Positions 40,607 to 50,416 of a DNA stretch of 64,000 nt are shown here, one piece after another. Below the pieces are notes generated by a model. That model did not search any database. It saw only the letters and a program-made list of their open reading frames with translations, and was not told the origin of the DNA. The DNA is from Thalassobaculaceae bacterium (GTDB lineage Bacteria > Pseudomonadota > Alphaproteobacteria > Thalassobaculales > Thalassobaculaceae). The position numbers and the translations under genes are program-made. The stretch is taken from positions 4,632,616 through 4,696,615 of the forward strand of contig OZ245843.1 in assembly GCA_965228875.1 (NCBI GenBank). Direction: 5' to 3'. Each line of letters opens with the position of its first letter. The first letter of the stretch is position 1.

Positions 40607-41436
40607 ATGCTCAGAGTCGTCGTCTTCGTGATCGCGGTACAGGCGATGGTCGTCCAGGCGGTGAGCGTCCCGCCGGCGGCGGCCGGTACCCGGATCCTCT
40701 GCACCCTGATCGAGGAGGTCGGCGACGGGCGCCGCACGTTGGTGCGGGACGGCGATTGCGCGACGCGCCGCTCGCCGGCTTCGACGTTCAAGATCGCCAT
40801 CGCCCTGATGGGATTCGACGCCGGAGTCCTGACCGCGCCCGACGCGCCGCAATGGCCGTTCCGCCAGGGGTATGTCGACTGGCGGGAGGCCTGGAAGCAG
40901 CCGGCGGATCCGTCGCGCTGGATGCGGGAGTCGGTGGTCTGGTACTCGCAGCAGGTGACGGTCCGGCTCGGCCGCGAGCGGTTCCAGGCGTATCTCGACG
41001 CCTTCGGTTACGGCAACCGCGATGCCACCGGCGACCCCGGGGAGGGGAACGGGCTGAGCTCGGCGTGGCTGAGTTCCTCGCTGAAGATCTCGCCTCAGGA
41101 GCAGGTGGCATTCCTCGCCCGCATGCTGTTGGGCGAGCTGGCTGTCGACCCGGCGGCGATCGCGAGCACCGCGGCGATCGTCGACCACGGTACGCGACAC
41201 GGCGGCTGGCACGTGCGCGGCAAGACCGGTGCCTACCCGCCCCGCGACGCCGATGGCCGGGTGATCTGGGGGCGGCCCGTCGGCTGGTTCGCGGCTGGGC
41301 CGAGCGCGAGGGGCGGACGCTGATCTTCGCCCGTCTCACCCAGGAGACGGAGAAGATCCGGGGCTCGGCCGGCGCCCGGGCGCGGGACGGGCTGTTCGCG
41401 ACATACTTCGATCCGCGCGACGGGATTCCGGAGTAG
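40607..41436 (+). pseudogene. blaOXA: Class D (OXA-type) beta-lactamase with a 1-nt frameshift near 41292
   Basis: Signal peptide, STFK, SVV, YGN and KTG motifs in one frame (stop 41323). The expected GWF-x-GW tail ('GWAEREGRTLIFAR...') continues in another frame to 41436. Confidence 0.8.
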
Positions 41437-41445
41437 GGCGGCGCC

Positions 41446-42078
41446 CTACCGACGCTCCATCTCTTCCATCCAGGCGAGGAAGGGGTCGAGTTCCGCCGGG
41501 CTCGGCTCCTGGCCGGTGAAGGCCTTGAGGTAGTGGGCGGTGAGTTCCCGGCGGCGCGCCAAGCTCTCGCCCAGGTCGAGCGCGTAGTAGCCGATCTGCA
41601 TGAAGTAGAGGACGCGGGCGCGTACGAAGGCCTCGACCTCGTCCCAGCCATAGCGGCGGAACAGGGCGGCGATGGCGGCCACCCGCTCTTCGTCGGCGCG
41701 ATGCAGTTCCTCGTGCACCCGCTCCGACCGGCGGGCCCAGTCGCGCACCGCGAAGTCGAGCCGCGGATCGAACAGCCGCTCGTCGATCCAGCACCGGAAG
41801 ATGTTGGTCACCCCGTGCACGATCGAGGTGGACGACGCGCCGGCCTGGGCGACGATGCCGCGGGTGTTGGTGTCCTGCCAGTGGGCGAGCAGGGCGTCGA
41901 GCAGCTCCCCGCGGTTGGCGAAGTACCAGTAGAAACTGGATCGCGACACGCCGAGACGGTCGGCCAGGGTCAGCACCTTGACGCTGTCGACACCGTCGGA
42001 GACCAGGGTCGCGAGGGCGGCCGCGATCCAGTCCTCGCGTGTCGCCTTGGTGTGCGCAGGCGGTGGGGCGTCGTTCAA
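41446..42078 (-). CDS. TetR/AcrR family regulator
   Basis: 'TREDWIAAA..GVDSVKVLTLADRLGVSRSSFYWYF'; TTG start inferred 10 nt after the upstream stop. Confidence 0.9.
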   Translation of the reverse strand: MNDAPPPAHTKATREDWIAAALATLVSDGVDSVKVLTLADRLGVSRSSFYWYFANRGELLDALLAHWQDTNTRGIVAQAGASSTSIVHGVTNIFRCWIDERLFDPRLDFAVRDWARRSERVHEELHRADEERVAAIAALFRRYGWDEVEAFVRARVLYFMQIGYYALDLGESLARRRELTAHYLKAFTGQEPSPAELDPFLAWMEEMERR

Positions 42079-42088
42079 CCGGCGATCC

Positions 42089-43396
42089 TCACCCGAGCAC
42101 CGAGAAGCTGCTCTCGCGGTTGATCTCGCGCCGGCGCGAATAGAAGCCGACGTCGATATCACGGCCGATATAGGGCAGGAGGAAGCGCAGTGGTGCGGCG
42201 TCGTGGTCGTTGCCGGCCTCGCAGTACGCTACGAGGGCGGCCATCATCTTGCCGGCGATGGGGGCGTTCTTGAACTGGTTGCCGCTGGTTCCGCAGCCCA
42301 TGTAGTAGCCGCCGAGTGACGCCTTGTCGTAGATCGGGATCCAGTCCTCGGTCACGTCGTACAGGTCGACTACGCCCTTCATGCGGCTCGGGATGCCGAG
42401 GGTCGGCAGGCGCTGGCCGTAGCGCAGGGCCTGGGTGCGCCACTGCTCGGTGAACTCGCGGTCGTAGTCGGTGTCGTCGTCGACCCAGACGTGGTCGTCG
42501 CAGGGCGGATCCTCGCTGCCGATCAGGATGTTGTTGCCGTGCTCCGGTCGGCAGTAGACGGCGATGTCGCTGTCCGACAGCACCATCCCGTCCGTCTCGA
42601 AATCGAGGCCTTCGGGCGCCGGGACGTGCACCACCTCCTGGCGCAGCGCGCGGGTCGAGATCGTCATCTCGTCGGCCACACCGGCCATGGCGTTGACGCG
42701 GGCGGAGGCCGGGCCGGCGACGTTGATGACGACGGGGGCGTGGACCTCCTCGCCGCTCGCCAGCCTGACGCCGTCGACCTTGCCGCCGTCCTTCAGGATC
42801 TCGGTGACCGTCGCCCCATAGAGGAACTCCGCTCCCTTGGCGGCGGCGGCATACGCCAGGTTCTGGGCCGACAGCGCTGGATCGGTGATGTAGCCGGCCT
42901 TGGGCCAGAACACGGCTCCCCGCAGCTCGCCACCGGTCGGCTGCCCGAACGTCGGGTCGTCGCCGCTCTTAGCCGGATGAAACAGTGCGGTGTTGGTACC
43001 CGGCAGACGGGCGCGGACCTGCTCGGGCGTCCACTCCTCGTACGGACAGTCGAGCTCGCGGGCGTTCTCCATGTGGCGGGCCATGAACGCGTTGCCCTCG
43101 GTCTTCATCACCAGGGCGCCGCATTCGCGGAACGTCGCGAGGCCATTCGGGTCGGCCACCTCCAGATAGTCCGCCCAGTCGCGCCAGTAGTGGTACCCCT
43201 CCCAGGCGAAGGCGGTGCCGTCGAGTGTCGAGTAATAGGTGCGGATGATGGCGCAGGACCCGCTGGTCGAGCCGTGTCCGGCCTGTCGGTTGCGGTCGAC
43301 GCTGAGGGTTTTCCATCCCTTCTTTGCCAGTTCGAAGGCGGTGGCGGCGCCGATGACCCCGGCCCCGATGATGATGGCGTCGGCGGTTCTGGTCAT
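42089..43396 (-). CDS. FAD-dependent oxidoreductase (sarcosine oxidase beta/DAO family)
   Basis: 'IIIGAGVIG', 'GSTSGSCAIIR', 'YDVTEDWIPIYD', 'GTSGNQFKNAP'. Confidence 0.9.
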   Translation of the reverse strand: MTRTADAIIIGAGVIGAATAFELAKKGWKTLSVDRNRQAGHGSTSGSCAIIRTYYSTLDGTAFAWEGYHYWRDWADYLEVADPNGLATFRECGALVMKTEGNAFMARHMENARELDCPYEEWTPEQVRARLPGTNTALFHPAKSGDDPTFGQPTGGELRGAVFWPKAGYITDPALSAQNLAYAAAAKGAEFLYGATVTEILKDGGKVDGVRLASGEEVHAPVVINVAGPASARVNAMAGVADEMTISTRALRQEVVHVPAPEGLDFETDGMVLSDSDIAVYCRPEHGNNILIGSEDPPCDDHVWVDDDTDYDREFTEQWRTQALRYGQRLPTLGIPSRMKGVVDLYDVTEDWIPIYDKASLGGYYMGCGTSGNQFKNAPIAGKMMAALVAYCEAGNDHDAAPLRFLLPYIGRDIDVGFYSRRREINRESSFSVLG

Positions 43397-43550
43397 GGGC
43401 TGATCCTCATCGGGTTGGCGGGGTCATTGGCGAAGAGGGCCGGGGGCGAAGAGAGCCAGGGGCGAAGAGAGTCGGGCGTTCATCGCGCCTCCGGGTCCCG
43501 GATAGCGCTCGGGCGCTTCCGGGAAATCGATTGGACGAAACGACCTCCCC

Positions 43551-43586
43551 GACGACCCCAGGGACGACCCCAGGGACGACCCCGGG
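43551..43586. repeat. 12-nt tandem repeat x3 in an intercistronic gap
   Basis: GACGACCCCAGG GACGACCCCAGG GACGACCCCGGG. Confidence 0.8.
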
Positions 43587-43630
43587 GTCGATCCGGGATC
43601 CAGGGAGAAGCGACGATAGCCGGACCATCC

Positions 43631-45172
43631 CTAGGACACCGGCGGCGCACCGCCTTCCGCGGTGCGTCGGGCGATGAACGCGTCCAGGGCGTCGATCGCC
43701 GACGGGTCGACAGGCGGCGGGGTGAAGGCTGCGAGCCGATCCTTCCAGATCCGGTTCGCCCGCCTGGACGCCACCTCCGAGCCCGCCTCGGTCCATTGTC
43801 CGAAGTTGCGCCAGTCGGAGACCATGGGTTCGTAGAACGCGCTCTGATAGCGGCTCATGGTGTGATCGGCGGAGAAGAAATGGCCGCCCGGATCGACCTC
43901 GGCGATGGCGTCGAAACCGATCTCGTCGTCGTCGGCCGCCAGCGGCACGAGGGTCTCGGCGAAGATCTGCAGCATCTCGACGTCGAGGATGAACTTCTCC
44001 ATGGACGCGGTCAGCCCACCCTCGATCCAGCCGGCTGCGTGCTGCCACCAGTGCGCGCCGCCAAGCAGGTTGCCCCACATCGACATCAGCGTCTCGTAGG
44101 TGCCCTGCTCGTCCGGCGCGTTCGAGGCGGTGCCGACGGAGCCGCGCCAGGGAACGTCGATATGGCGGGCCAGCTGCCCGGCGCCGAGGGCGGCCTTGAC
44201 GAACTCCGGGGTGCCGAAGGCGGGGGAGCCGGACTTCATGTCGACGTTGGAGGTGAAGGAGCCGTACAGCACCGGGGCGCCCGGGCGCACGACCTGCGCC
44301 AGCGTGATTCCGGCCAGCGCCTCGGCATGGGCCAGGGTCAGGGCGCCAGCCATGGTCACCGGCGCCATGGCCCCGGCCAGGGTGAAGGGGGTGATCAGGC
44401 TCGGCTGACCGGCCTCGGCGAAGTCCATGATCCCCTGGCACATAGGAATGTCGAGCTGGCGCGGGGAGTTGGAGTTGATGACGGTGAAGCAGTGTGGCCG
44501 CTGCCGGAAGGCGTCCTCGTCCAGCCCCCGGGCGGTCCGGATCATGTCGAAGCAGTCCAGCGTCTGCGGTCGGCCGCGGGCGTAGACGAAGGGCGGCTTG
44601 GTCGCCAGGGTGAGCTGCGCCCGGGTCATCGCGTAGTGGCGGACATGGGTCTCAACGTCCTGCGGTTCCACGTTGGGCGCCAGGATGTGGATGACGTCGA
44701 ACGTCTGGGCCAGTCGGATCAGGTTGGCCGCATCCTCCATGGTCCCGGGCCGTTTGCCGCCGTCCAGATCGGAGATGTGAGGCGCGCCGCCGACCCCGAC
44801 GAAGGCGATGTCGGGACCGCCGAGGCCGACCGCGTCGTCCGGCCCGGCGCCGTGCAGGGTGAGGTGCGGCGGTGCGGTGCGGATCGACTGCTCTACGAGG
44901 CCGCGGTCGATCCGCACCATCCAGTCGTCATCGACGCTGGCGCCCGCCGCCTTGAGCCGGCCCCGGGCCTCTTCGTTCAGGACTTTGATGCCGAGCTCCT
45001 CGAGCACGCGGAGCGCGGTGTCGTGCATCGCCGCCACCCGATCCTCGCTGAAGGCCGGCTGGGGCGCGAAGGTGTTCTTCAGGTGACGGTACGAGGTCGA
45101 TCGTGGCGCGGCGACTGCGCTTTCCGACGCACCCCGACGTCCCCGCCTGCCTCGACGTTCTCTGACGGTCAT
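43631..45172 (-). CDS. MttB-family (trimethylamine methyltransferase superfamily, non-pyrrolysine) corrinoid methyltransferase
   Basis: 'INSNSPRQLD', 'TPFTLAGAMAPVT', 'YGSFTSNVDMKSGSPAFGTPE', 'HAAGWIEGGL', 'PGGHFF'; no in-frame TAG. Confidence 0.92.
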   Translation of the reverse strand: MTVRERRGRRGRRGASESAVAAPRSTSYRHLKNTFAPQPAFSEDRVAAMHDTALRVLEELGIKVLNEEARGRLKAAGASVDDDWMVRIDRGLVEQSIRTAPPHLTLHGAGPDDAVGLGGPDIAFVGVGGAPHISDLDGGKRPGTMEDAANLIRLAQTFDVIHILAPNVEPQDVETHVRHYAMTRAQLTLATKPPFVYARGRPQTLDCFDMIRTARGLDEDAFRQRPHCFTVINSNSPRQLDIPMCQGIMDFAEAGQPSLITPFTLAGAMAPVTMAGALTLAHAEALAGITLAQVVRPGAPVLYGSFTSNVDMKSGSPAFGTPEFVKAALGAGQLARHIDVPWRGSVGTASNAPDEQGTYETLMSMWGNLLGGAHWWQHAAGWIEGGLTASMEKFILDVEMLQIFAETLVPLAADDDEIGFDAIAEVDPGGHFFSADHTMSRYQSAFYEPMVSDWRNFGQWTEAGSEVASRRANRIWKDRLAAFTPPPVDPSAIDALDAFIARRTAEGGAPPVS

Positions 45173-45183
45173 GGCGCGCGCCC

Positions 45184-47604
45184 TCAGAGCCGCAGCCGTG
45201 CGCCGGACGGGTCGTAGGGAGAGTCGGCGATGATTGTCGCCGACCGCTTCGCTCCGACCACATGGACGTCGACCGCGGTTCCCTCGGCGGCGAGATCCGT
45301 GTCGACCAGCGCCATGGCCAGGCTCAGACCGACCGAATGGCCGTATCCGCCCGAGGTGACGAAGCCGACCCGTCTGCCGTCGACCCAGACCGGTTCGAAG
45401 CCGCTGGCGTCGGCGTCCTCGGCGTCGATGGCGAGAGTGACAAGGCGCTGCGGCGCGGAACCGGCTTCCTTCTCTCTGAGCGCGGCGTCCCGGCCGATGA
45501 AGTCGCCCTTGTCGAAGGCGATCCAGCGGTCCATGCCGGTCATGCCCGGCGTATAGGCCTGGGTGAATTCGGTCGACCAGACCCCGTAGCTCTTCTCCAG
45601 GCGCATGGCGTTGGCCGCGTAGCCGCCGACGTTGGCGAGACCGAGATCCTCGCCCGAGCGCATCAGGGCGTCACGCAGCATCCGGTGCTCGGGGGCGGGT
45701 ACATTGATCTCGTAGCCGAGCTCCCCCAGCACCGACAGGCGCCCGACCTTGGCCCGGGTCAGGCCCACGTCCATGTCGCGGCAGGCCATGAAGCGGAAAT
45801 CGTCGTGCGCCACGCTGTCGTTGACGACGAGGCGCTGCATCACCGCGCGGGCGTTCGGCCCGGAGACCAGCCAGCCGACCCAGGCATCGGAAATGTCGCG
45901 CACCGTGACGTCCGGCCCGGCGTGGCTCTCGAACCAGCGCATATGCCACTGGCGCAGGTAGTACGAGCCCATGAGCCAGAACGTCTCGCCGTCCCAGTTG
46001 AAGACGGTGAGGTCGCCCATCAGCCGGCCCTTCGGCGACAGCATCGGCGCCAGCCGCGCGCGGCCGACGGTCGGCAGCCTCGAGGCCAGCATTCGATCCA
46101 GCCACCGGGCGGCACCGGGGCCGGTCACTTCGTAGCGCGAGTATCCGGAGGTATCGAGCAGGCCCACGCCGTCGCGGACCGCCCTGGTCTCCGCGGCGAC
46201 GATGTCGAAGGCGTTGGAGCGCTTCAGCGTCGGGGTCTCCTCGAAGTCCCTGGACGGAGCGAAGAACAGCGGCACCTCCAGGCCCCAGTTGACGCCGAAC
46301 CGCGCGTTGTCGGCGACGTGGGCGTCGTGGCTCGGCGAGACGCGGAGCGGCCGTCCCGCCGGCAGCTGCTCGTTCGGATAGGCCATGACGAAGCGGCGCG
46401 AATAGAACTGTCCGGTGGTCTGGCGCAGGTACGCGCGGTTCGAGGCCCACCGCCCGAAGCGGGCGATGTCCATGCCGAACACGTCGGCCTCGGGCTCGCA
46501 GTGGATCATCCACTCCGCCAGCGACTTGCCGACACCGCCGCCCTGGCTGAACCCGGCCATGACCCCGCAGGCGAGCCAGTAGTTCGGCACGCCCGGCACC
46601 GGACCGACCAGCGGGTTGCCGTCGGGCGCGAACGTGAAGGCGCCGTTCACCCATTTGCGGATACCGGTCTCGTTCAGGACCGGGTATCGCTCGAATCCCT
46701 TCTGAAGTTCCGGGGCGATGCGGTCGATGTCCTCCGGGATCAGCTCGATGCCGTAGTCCCAGGGGGCGCCTTCCATGTTCCAGTGCTTGGTCGCTCGCTC
46801 GTATACCCCGACCAGCAGGCCGCCCCGCTCCTGCCGGGAATAGGTGAAGCCTTCCAGGTCGGTGAGCATGCACATCTCGCGCTCCCGGCCCTCCAGCTCC
46901 TTGATCGGCTCGGTGACGAGATAGTGGTGCTCCATCGGCGTGACCGGCAGGTCGACGCCGGCCATCAGACCGACCTGCTTGGCCCACAGCCCGGCGGCGT
47001 TGACCACGTGCTCGGCGATGATGGTTCCCTGCTCGGTCACCACGTCCCAGCCGCCTTCCGCGCGCGGGTTCAGCTCGATCACCCGGTTGCGTAGGATGAC
47101 GTCGGCGCCACGTTTCTTCGCGGCCCCGGCATAGGCGTGGGTCGTGCCGTAGGGATCGAGATGGCCCTCGTGCGGGTCGTACAGGCCGCCGATCACGTCG
47201 CTGAGGTCGGCGATCGGGTTGAGCTCGCGGATCTCCTCGGGGGTGAGCAGGCGGGCTTCCTCCACCCCCATGGTCTGAAACACCGCCCAGGCGGATTTCA
47301 GCCATTCCCAGCGCTCGGGCGCCGACGCGATGCTGACGCCACCGGTCATGTGCACGCCCACGGCCTGCCCGCTCTCCTCCTCGATCTCCTTGTAGAGCTT
47401 GATCGTGTAGGCCTGCAGCGCGGCGATGTTCGGATCTGCGTTCAACGGGTGGAAGCCGGCGGCGGCGTGCCAGGTCGAGCCGGCTGTGAGTTCCGCGCGC
47501 TCGATGAGCGCGATGTCGCTCCAGCCGAATTTCGTGAGGTGATAGAGGACGCTGGCGCCGACCACGCCGCCACCGATGATGACTGCACGATACTGGGACT
47601 TCAT
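45184..47604 (-). CDS. GcvT-family FAD/folate dehydrogenase (dimethylglycine/sarcosine dehydrogenase-like)
   Basis: 'IIGGGVVG', covalent-FAD motif 'GSTWHAAG', 'NGAFTFAPDGNP', C-terminal folate domain 'RLEKSY..VTSGGYGH'. Confidence 0.93.
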   Translation of the reverse strand: MKSQYRAVIIGGGVVGASVLYHLTKFGWSDIALIERAELTAGSTWHAAAGFHPLNADPNIAALQAYTIKLYKEIEEESGQAVGVHMTGGVSIASAPERWEWLKSAWAVFQTMGVEEARLLTPEEIRELNPIADLSDVIGGLYDPHEGHLDPYGTTHAYAGAAKKRGADVILRNRVIELNPRAEGGWDVVTEQGTIIAEHVVNAAGLWAKQVGLMAGVDLPVTPMEHHYLVTEPIKELEGREREMCMLTDLEGFTYSRQERGGLLVGVYERATKHWNMEGAPWDYGIELIPEDIDRIAPELQKGFERYPVLNETGIRKWVNGAFTFAPDGNPLVGPVPGVPNYWLACGVMAGFSQGGGVGKSLAEWMIHCEPEADVFGMDIARFGRWASNRAYLRQTTGQFYSRRFVMAYPNEQLPAGRPLRVSPSHDAHVADNARFGVNWGLEVPLFFAPSRDFEETPTLKRSNAFDIVAAETRAVRDGVGLLDTSGYSRYEVTGPGAARWLDRMLASRLPTVGRARLAPMLSPKGRLMGDLTVFNWDGETFWLMGSYYLRQWHMRWFESHAGPDVTVRDISDAWVGWLVSGPNARAVMQRLVVNDSVAHDDFRFMACRDMDVGLTRAKVGRLSVLGELGYEINVPAPEHRMLRDALMRSGEDLGLANVGGYAANAMRLEKSYGVWSTEFTQAYTPGMTGMDRWIAFDKGDFIGRDAALREKEAGSAPQRLVTLAIDAEDADASGFEPVWVDGRRVGFVTSGGYGHSVGLSLAMALVDTDLAAEGTAVDVHVVGAKRSATIIADSPYDPSGARLRL

Positions 47605-47650
47605 CGCCGACGCTCCCGCAACGGTGGCAGAGCGGAAAGGCTAGTCGTCT

Positions 47651-47682
47651 CTGGACAGTCGTGTCTAGACAGAAGTGTCCAG
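47651..47682. promoter_or_regulatory. Tandem overlapping palindromic operators upstream of the GcvT-MttB operon
   Basis: CTGGACA-GTCG-TGTCTAG (47651-47668) overlaps CTAGACA-GAAG-TGTCCAG (47665-47682). Confidence 0.62.
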
Positions 47683-48615
47683 GATCGCCCGCGCCGATCG
47701 GGACAGGCCGAGCAGTGCCGGTTGCGGGTGGGCGATGAGCCGGGTGGGGATCGGGTCGAGATACCCGGCGAACCGCCCTTTCGCGGTAAAGCGGCGACGG
47801 AAGCGGTCGCCGTCGAACAGGGCGCCCAGCTTCGGCACGATGCCCCCGGCGATGAACACGCCGCCGCGGGCGGCGACGGTCAGGGCCAGGTCTCCCGCGA
47901 CCGTCGCGAGCAGGTCGGTGAACAGGGCGATCGCCTCCCGGCAGGCGGGGTCACGGTCGGCTTCCGCCGCGATCCCGGCGGCGTCGAGCCGGTGTCCCGG
48001 CATGCCGCGTACGGCGCGCACCGCGTCGTGCAGGTCGGCGAGACCGGAGCCTGAGAGCGCGCGTTCGCCGGACACATGGCCATGGAGGCCCCGCAGGTAG
48101 TCGATCACCTTGTCCTCGGTGTCGTTCTGCGCGGGCAGGGTGGCGTGACCGCCTTCGCCGGGGATCACCGTGCCGTCGGGCAGCACCACGGCGACGCCCA
48201 GACCGGTGCCGGGGCCCAGCACGACCATCGGACCCGGTAGCGCCTGGCGGTCGCGGCCGATCGGCCGGACGTCGGTTGCCGAGAGATGCGGCAGCGCATG
48301 GGCCACGGCGGCGAAGTCGTTGATGACCGCCAGTTCGCGCAGGCCGAACCGGTCGCGCAGTTCGTCGACCGGCACCGTCCAGTCCCGATTCGTGAACACG
48401 ATGGTGTCGCGATCGGGCGGACCGGCAACGGCGAACACCGCTCGTGCCGGTATCCTGTCCTCGCCGATCGCGTCGAAATAGGCCGCCACCGCCTCCTGCA
48501 GCGTGGTGAAGCGGTCGGCGGCGAGGGCCGTCTCGTGGCGGGTGGTCCCGTCCGCGGCCAGGGCGAATCGCAGGTTGGTGCCGCCGAGGTCGGCGATGAG
48601 GATCGGCTCTTCCAT
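47665..48615 (-). CDS. glk: Glucokinase
   Basis: 'ADLGGTNLRFA', 'INDFAAVA', 'GPGTGLG', 'GEGGH', 'ERALSGSGL', 'GGVFIAGGI'. Confidence 0.93.
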   Translation of the reverse strand: MEEPILIADLGGTNLRFALAADGTTRHETALAADRFTTLQEAVAAYFDAIGEDRIPARAVFAVAGPPDRDTIVFTNRDWTVPVDELRDRFGLRELAVINDFAAVAHALPHLSATDVRPIGRDRQALPGPMVVLGPGTGLGVAVVLPDGTVIPGEGGHATLPAQNDTEDKVIDYLRGLHGHVSGERALSGSGLADLHDAVRAVRGMPGHRLDAAGIAAEADRDPACREAIALFTDLLATVAGDLALTVAARGGVFIAGGIVPKLGALFDGDRFRRRFTAKGRFAGYLDPIPTRLIAHPQPALLGLSRSARAILDTSV

Positions 48616-48906
48616 ACGGGGACGACAGCACAGCCTACCGCCCGTCTCAAGATTTCACTTGAATTCCTGGCGGATATCGCCATGTTGCAGCGCAAGAGAC
48701 GGTGCCGCGCGTGGACTTGACGGATCTCCGCAACGGCGGCGCAGTCGGATGGATGCCCTTTATCGAAGCGGTACGGCCATCACCTCGCGTCGTCGGTCTG
48801 ACGACGCATCATCGGCCGGCTGTTCCGCGCACGCTTGCTTACTGGAATTGAACGCCGATCCGCGCCTCGAACGGGCTTGTCGGACGGCGAACACGAAAGA
48901 CTGAAT

Positions 48907-50367
48907 TTGACCGACTTCAAGACGCTCGGCCTCGCCGAGACCATTCTTCGAGCCGTTGCGGCCGAAGGGTACGACAGCCCGACTCCCATTCAAGCCAAAG
49001 CCATCCCTCCCGTTCTCGAAGGACGCGACGTTGTCGGTATCGCCCAGACGGGTACCGGCAAGACCGCGGCGTTCGTGCTGCCGCTGCTGAGTCGGCTCGC
49101 CGATCTCGGCGGAACGGCGCGACCGAAGGGCGCGCGGGTGCTGGTGCTGTCGCCGACCCGCGAACTGGCGGCGCAGATCCACGACGCCGTTCGGGTCTAT
49201 GGCCGGAACGTGCGGCCGCGCTCCACGGTTGTCGTCGGCGGCGCCAAGCCGGGACCGCAGATCCGCGCCTGTGCCAACGGCCTCGACATTCTGGTCGCCA
49301 CGCCGGGTCGCCTGCTTGACCATATCGGCACCGGCGCCATCAAGCTGTCCGATACGGCGGCGGTGGTCCTGGACGAGGCCGACCAGATGCTCGATCTCGG
49401 CTTCATGCCGGCGGTCCGACGCATTCTGGCGATGACCCCGAAGACCCGGCAGACGGTCCTGTTCTCCGCGACGATGCCGGCGCAGATCCGCTCTCTGGCG
49501 GAGGATTTCCTGGCCGATCCGGTGGAGATCGCGGTGGCCCCGGCCTCGACCCCGATCGAGCGCATCCAGCAGAGCGTGCTGGCGGTGCCGCGGGCCGAGA
49601 AGCGCAACGCGCTGGCCCAGCTCCTGGCCGATGAGACGGTCGGGCGGGCGATCGTCTTCACCCGCACCAAGCGCGGCGCCGACCGCGTGGCGCGACACTT
49701 GGACAGCGCCGGCCTGGCGAGCGAATCGATCCATGGCGACAAGAGCCAGGGACAGCGCGAGCGTGCTCTCGACGCCTTCAAGAGCGGTCGCTCGAACATT
49801 CTGGTCGCCACCGACATCGCCGCGCGCGGCATCGACGTCGACGGCGTGACGCACGTGGTGAATTACGAACTGCCGAACGTGCCGGAAAGCTACGTCCACC
49901 GGATCGGCCGCACGGCGCGTGCCGGTGCCGAGGGCGTGGCCGTTTCGCTGGTCGACCCGGAGGAGCGCGGTCTCCTCTCGGACATCGAACGGCTGATCGG
50001 ACGGTCCCTGACCACCGGCGAGCCGATCGACCGCGATGCTCCGGCGCCGAGGAACGGGGCGTCCGACAAGCCGAAGCGCCGCAGCCGGCGCAGCGGCGCG
50101 GCCCGCAAGCCGCGTCTGCAGCAGGGTGCCAACGGCGGCAATCGCCCGCCGCGTGGCAGCAACGGCGAAGGTCGCCCGCAGCAGACCGCCACCGGCGAAG
50201 GCCGCAAAACGGCGGCCGGCGGCGAGGGACGGCCGGCACGTCGCGACGATCAGCGCCGCGACCGGGGCGAGGCCCTGGACGCCGGTGTCGCCCGGATCGC
50301 CCGAGGCAAGCCGCGCAGCGGCAAGCCGGGCAAGGGATTCCGCTCTCAGACGCCTGTGCGCGCCTGA
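48907..50367 (+). CDS. rhlE: DEAD-box RNA helicase (RhlE-like)
   Basis: Q motif 'PTPIQ', 'AQTGTGKT', 'PTRELA', 'DEAD', 'SAT', 'HRIGRTARAG'; basic disordered C-terminal tail. TTG start inferred. Confidence 0.93.
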   Translation: MTDFKTLGLAETILRAVAAEGYDSPTPIQAKAIPPVLEGRDVVGIAQTGTGKTAAFVLPLLSRLADLGGTARPKGARVLVLSPTRELAAQIHDAVRVYGRNVRPRSTVVVGGAKPGPQIRACANGLDILVATPGRLLDHIGTGAIKLSDTAAVVLDEADQMLDLGFMPAVRRILAMTPKTRQTVLFSATMPAQIRSLAEDFLADPVEIAVAPASTPIERIQQSVLAVPRAEKRNALAQLLADETVGRAIVFTRTKRGADRVARHLDSAGLASESIHGDKSQGQRERALDAFKSGRSNILVATDIAARGIDVDGVTHVVNYELPNVPESYVHRIGRTARAGAEGVAVSLVDPEERGLLSDIERLIGRSLTTGEPIDRDAPAPRNGASDKPKRRSRRSGAARKPRLQQGANGGNRPPRGSNGEGRPQQTATGEGRKTAAGGEGRPARRDDQRRDRGEALDAGVARIARGKPRSGKPGKGFRSQTPVRA

Positions 50368-50416
50368 GTCGGCGGACGGAATACCAATCAACGTCAGTAA
50401 GGAAAGGATCGACGTT

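Noticed and set aside
38393..41323. 976-aa plus-strand ORF
   Set aside because: Only the part from 40607 (OXA beta-lactamase) is real; the rest is antisense to the aminotransferase and SDR genes.
43551..43586. Possible CRISPR array (also 17352-17402)
   Set aside because: Units are 12-15 nt, directly adjacent with no spacers, and there are no cas genes.
43631..45172. Pyrrolysine-containing trimethylamine methyltransferase
   Set aside because: No in-frame amber codon and no pyl genes in the window.
42491..45217. 908-aa plus-strand ORF
   Set aside because: Antisense shadow of MttB and the FAD oxidoreductase.
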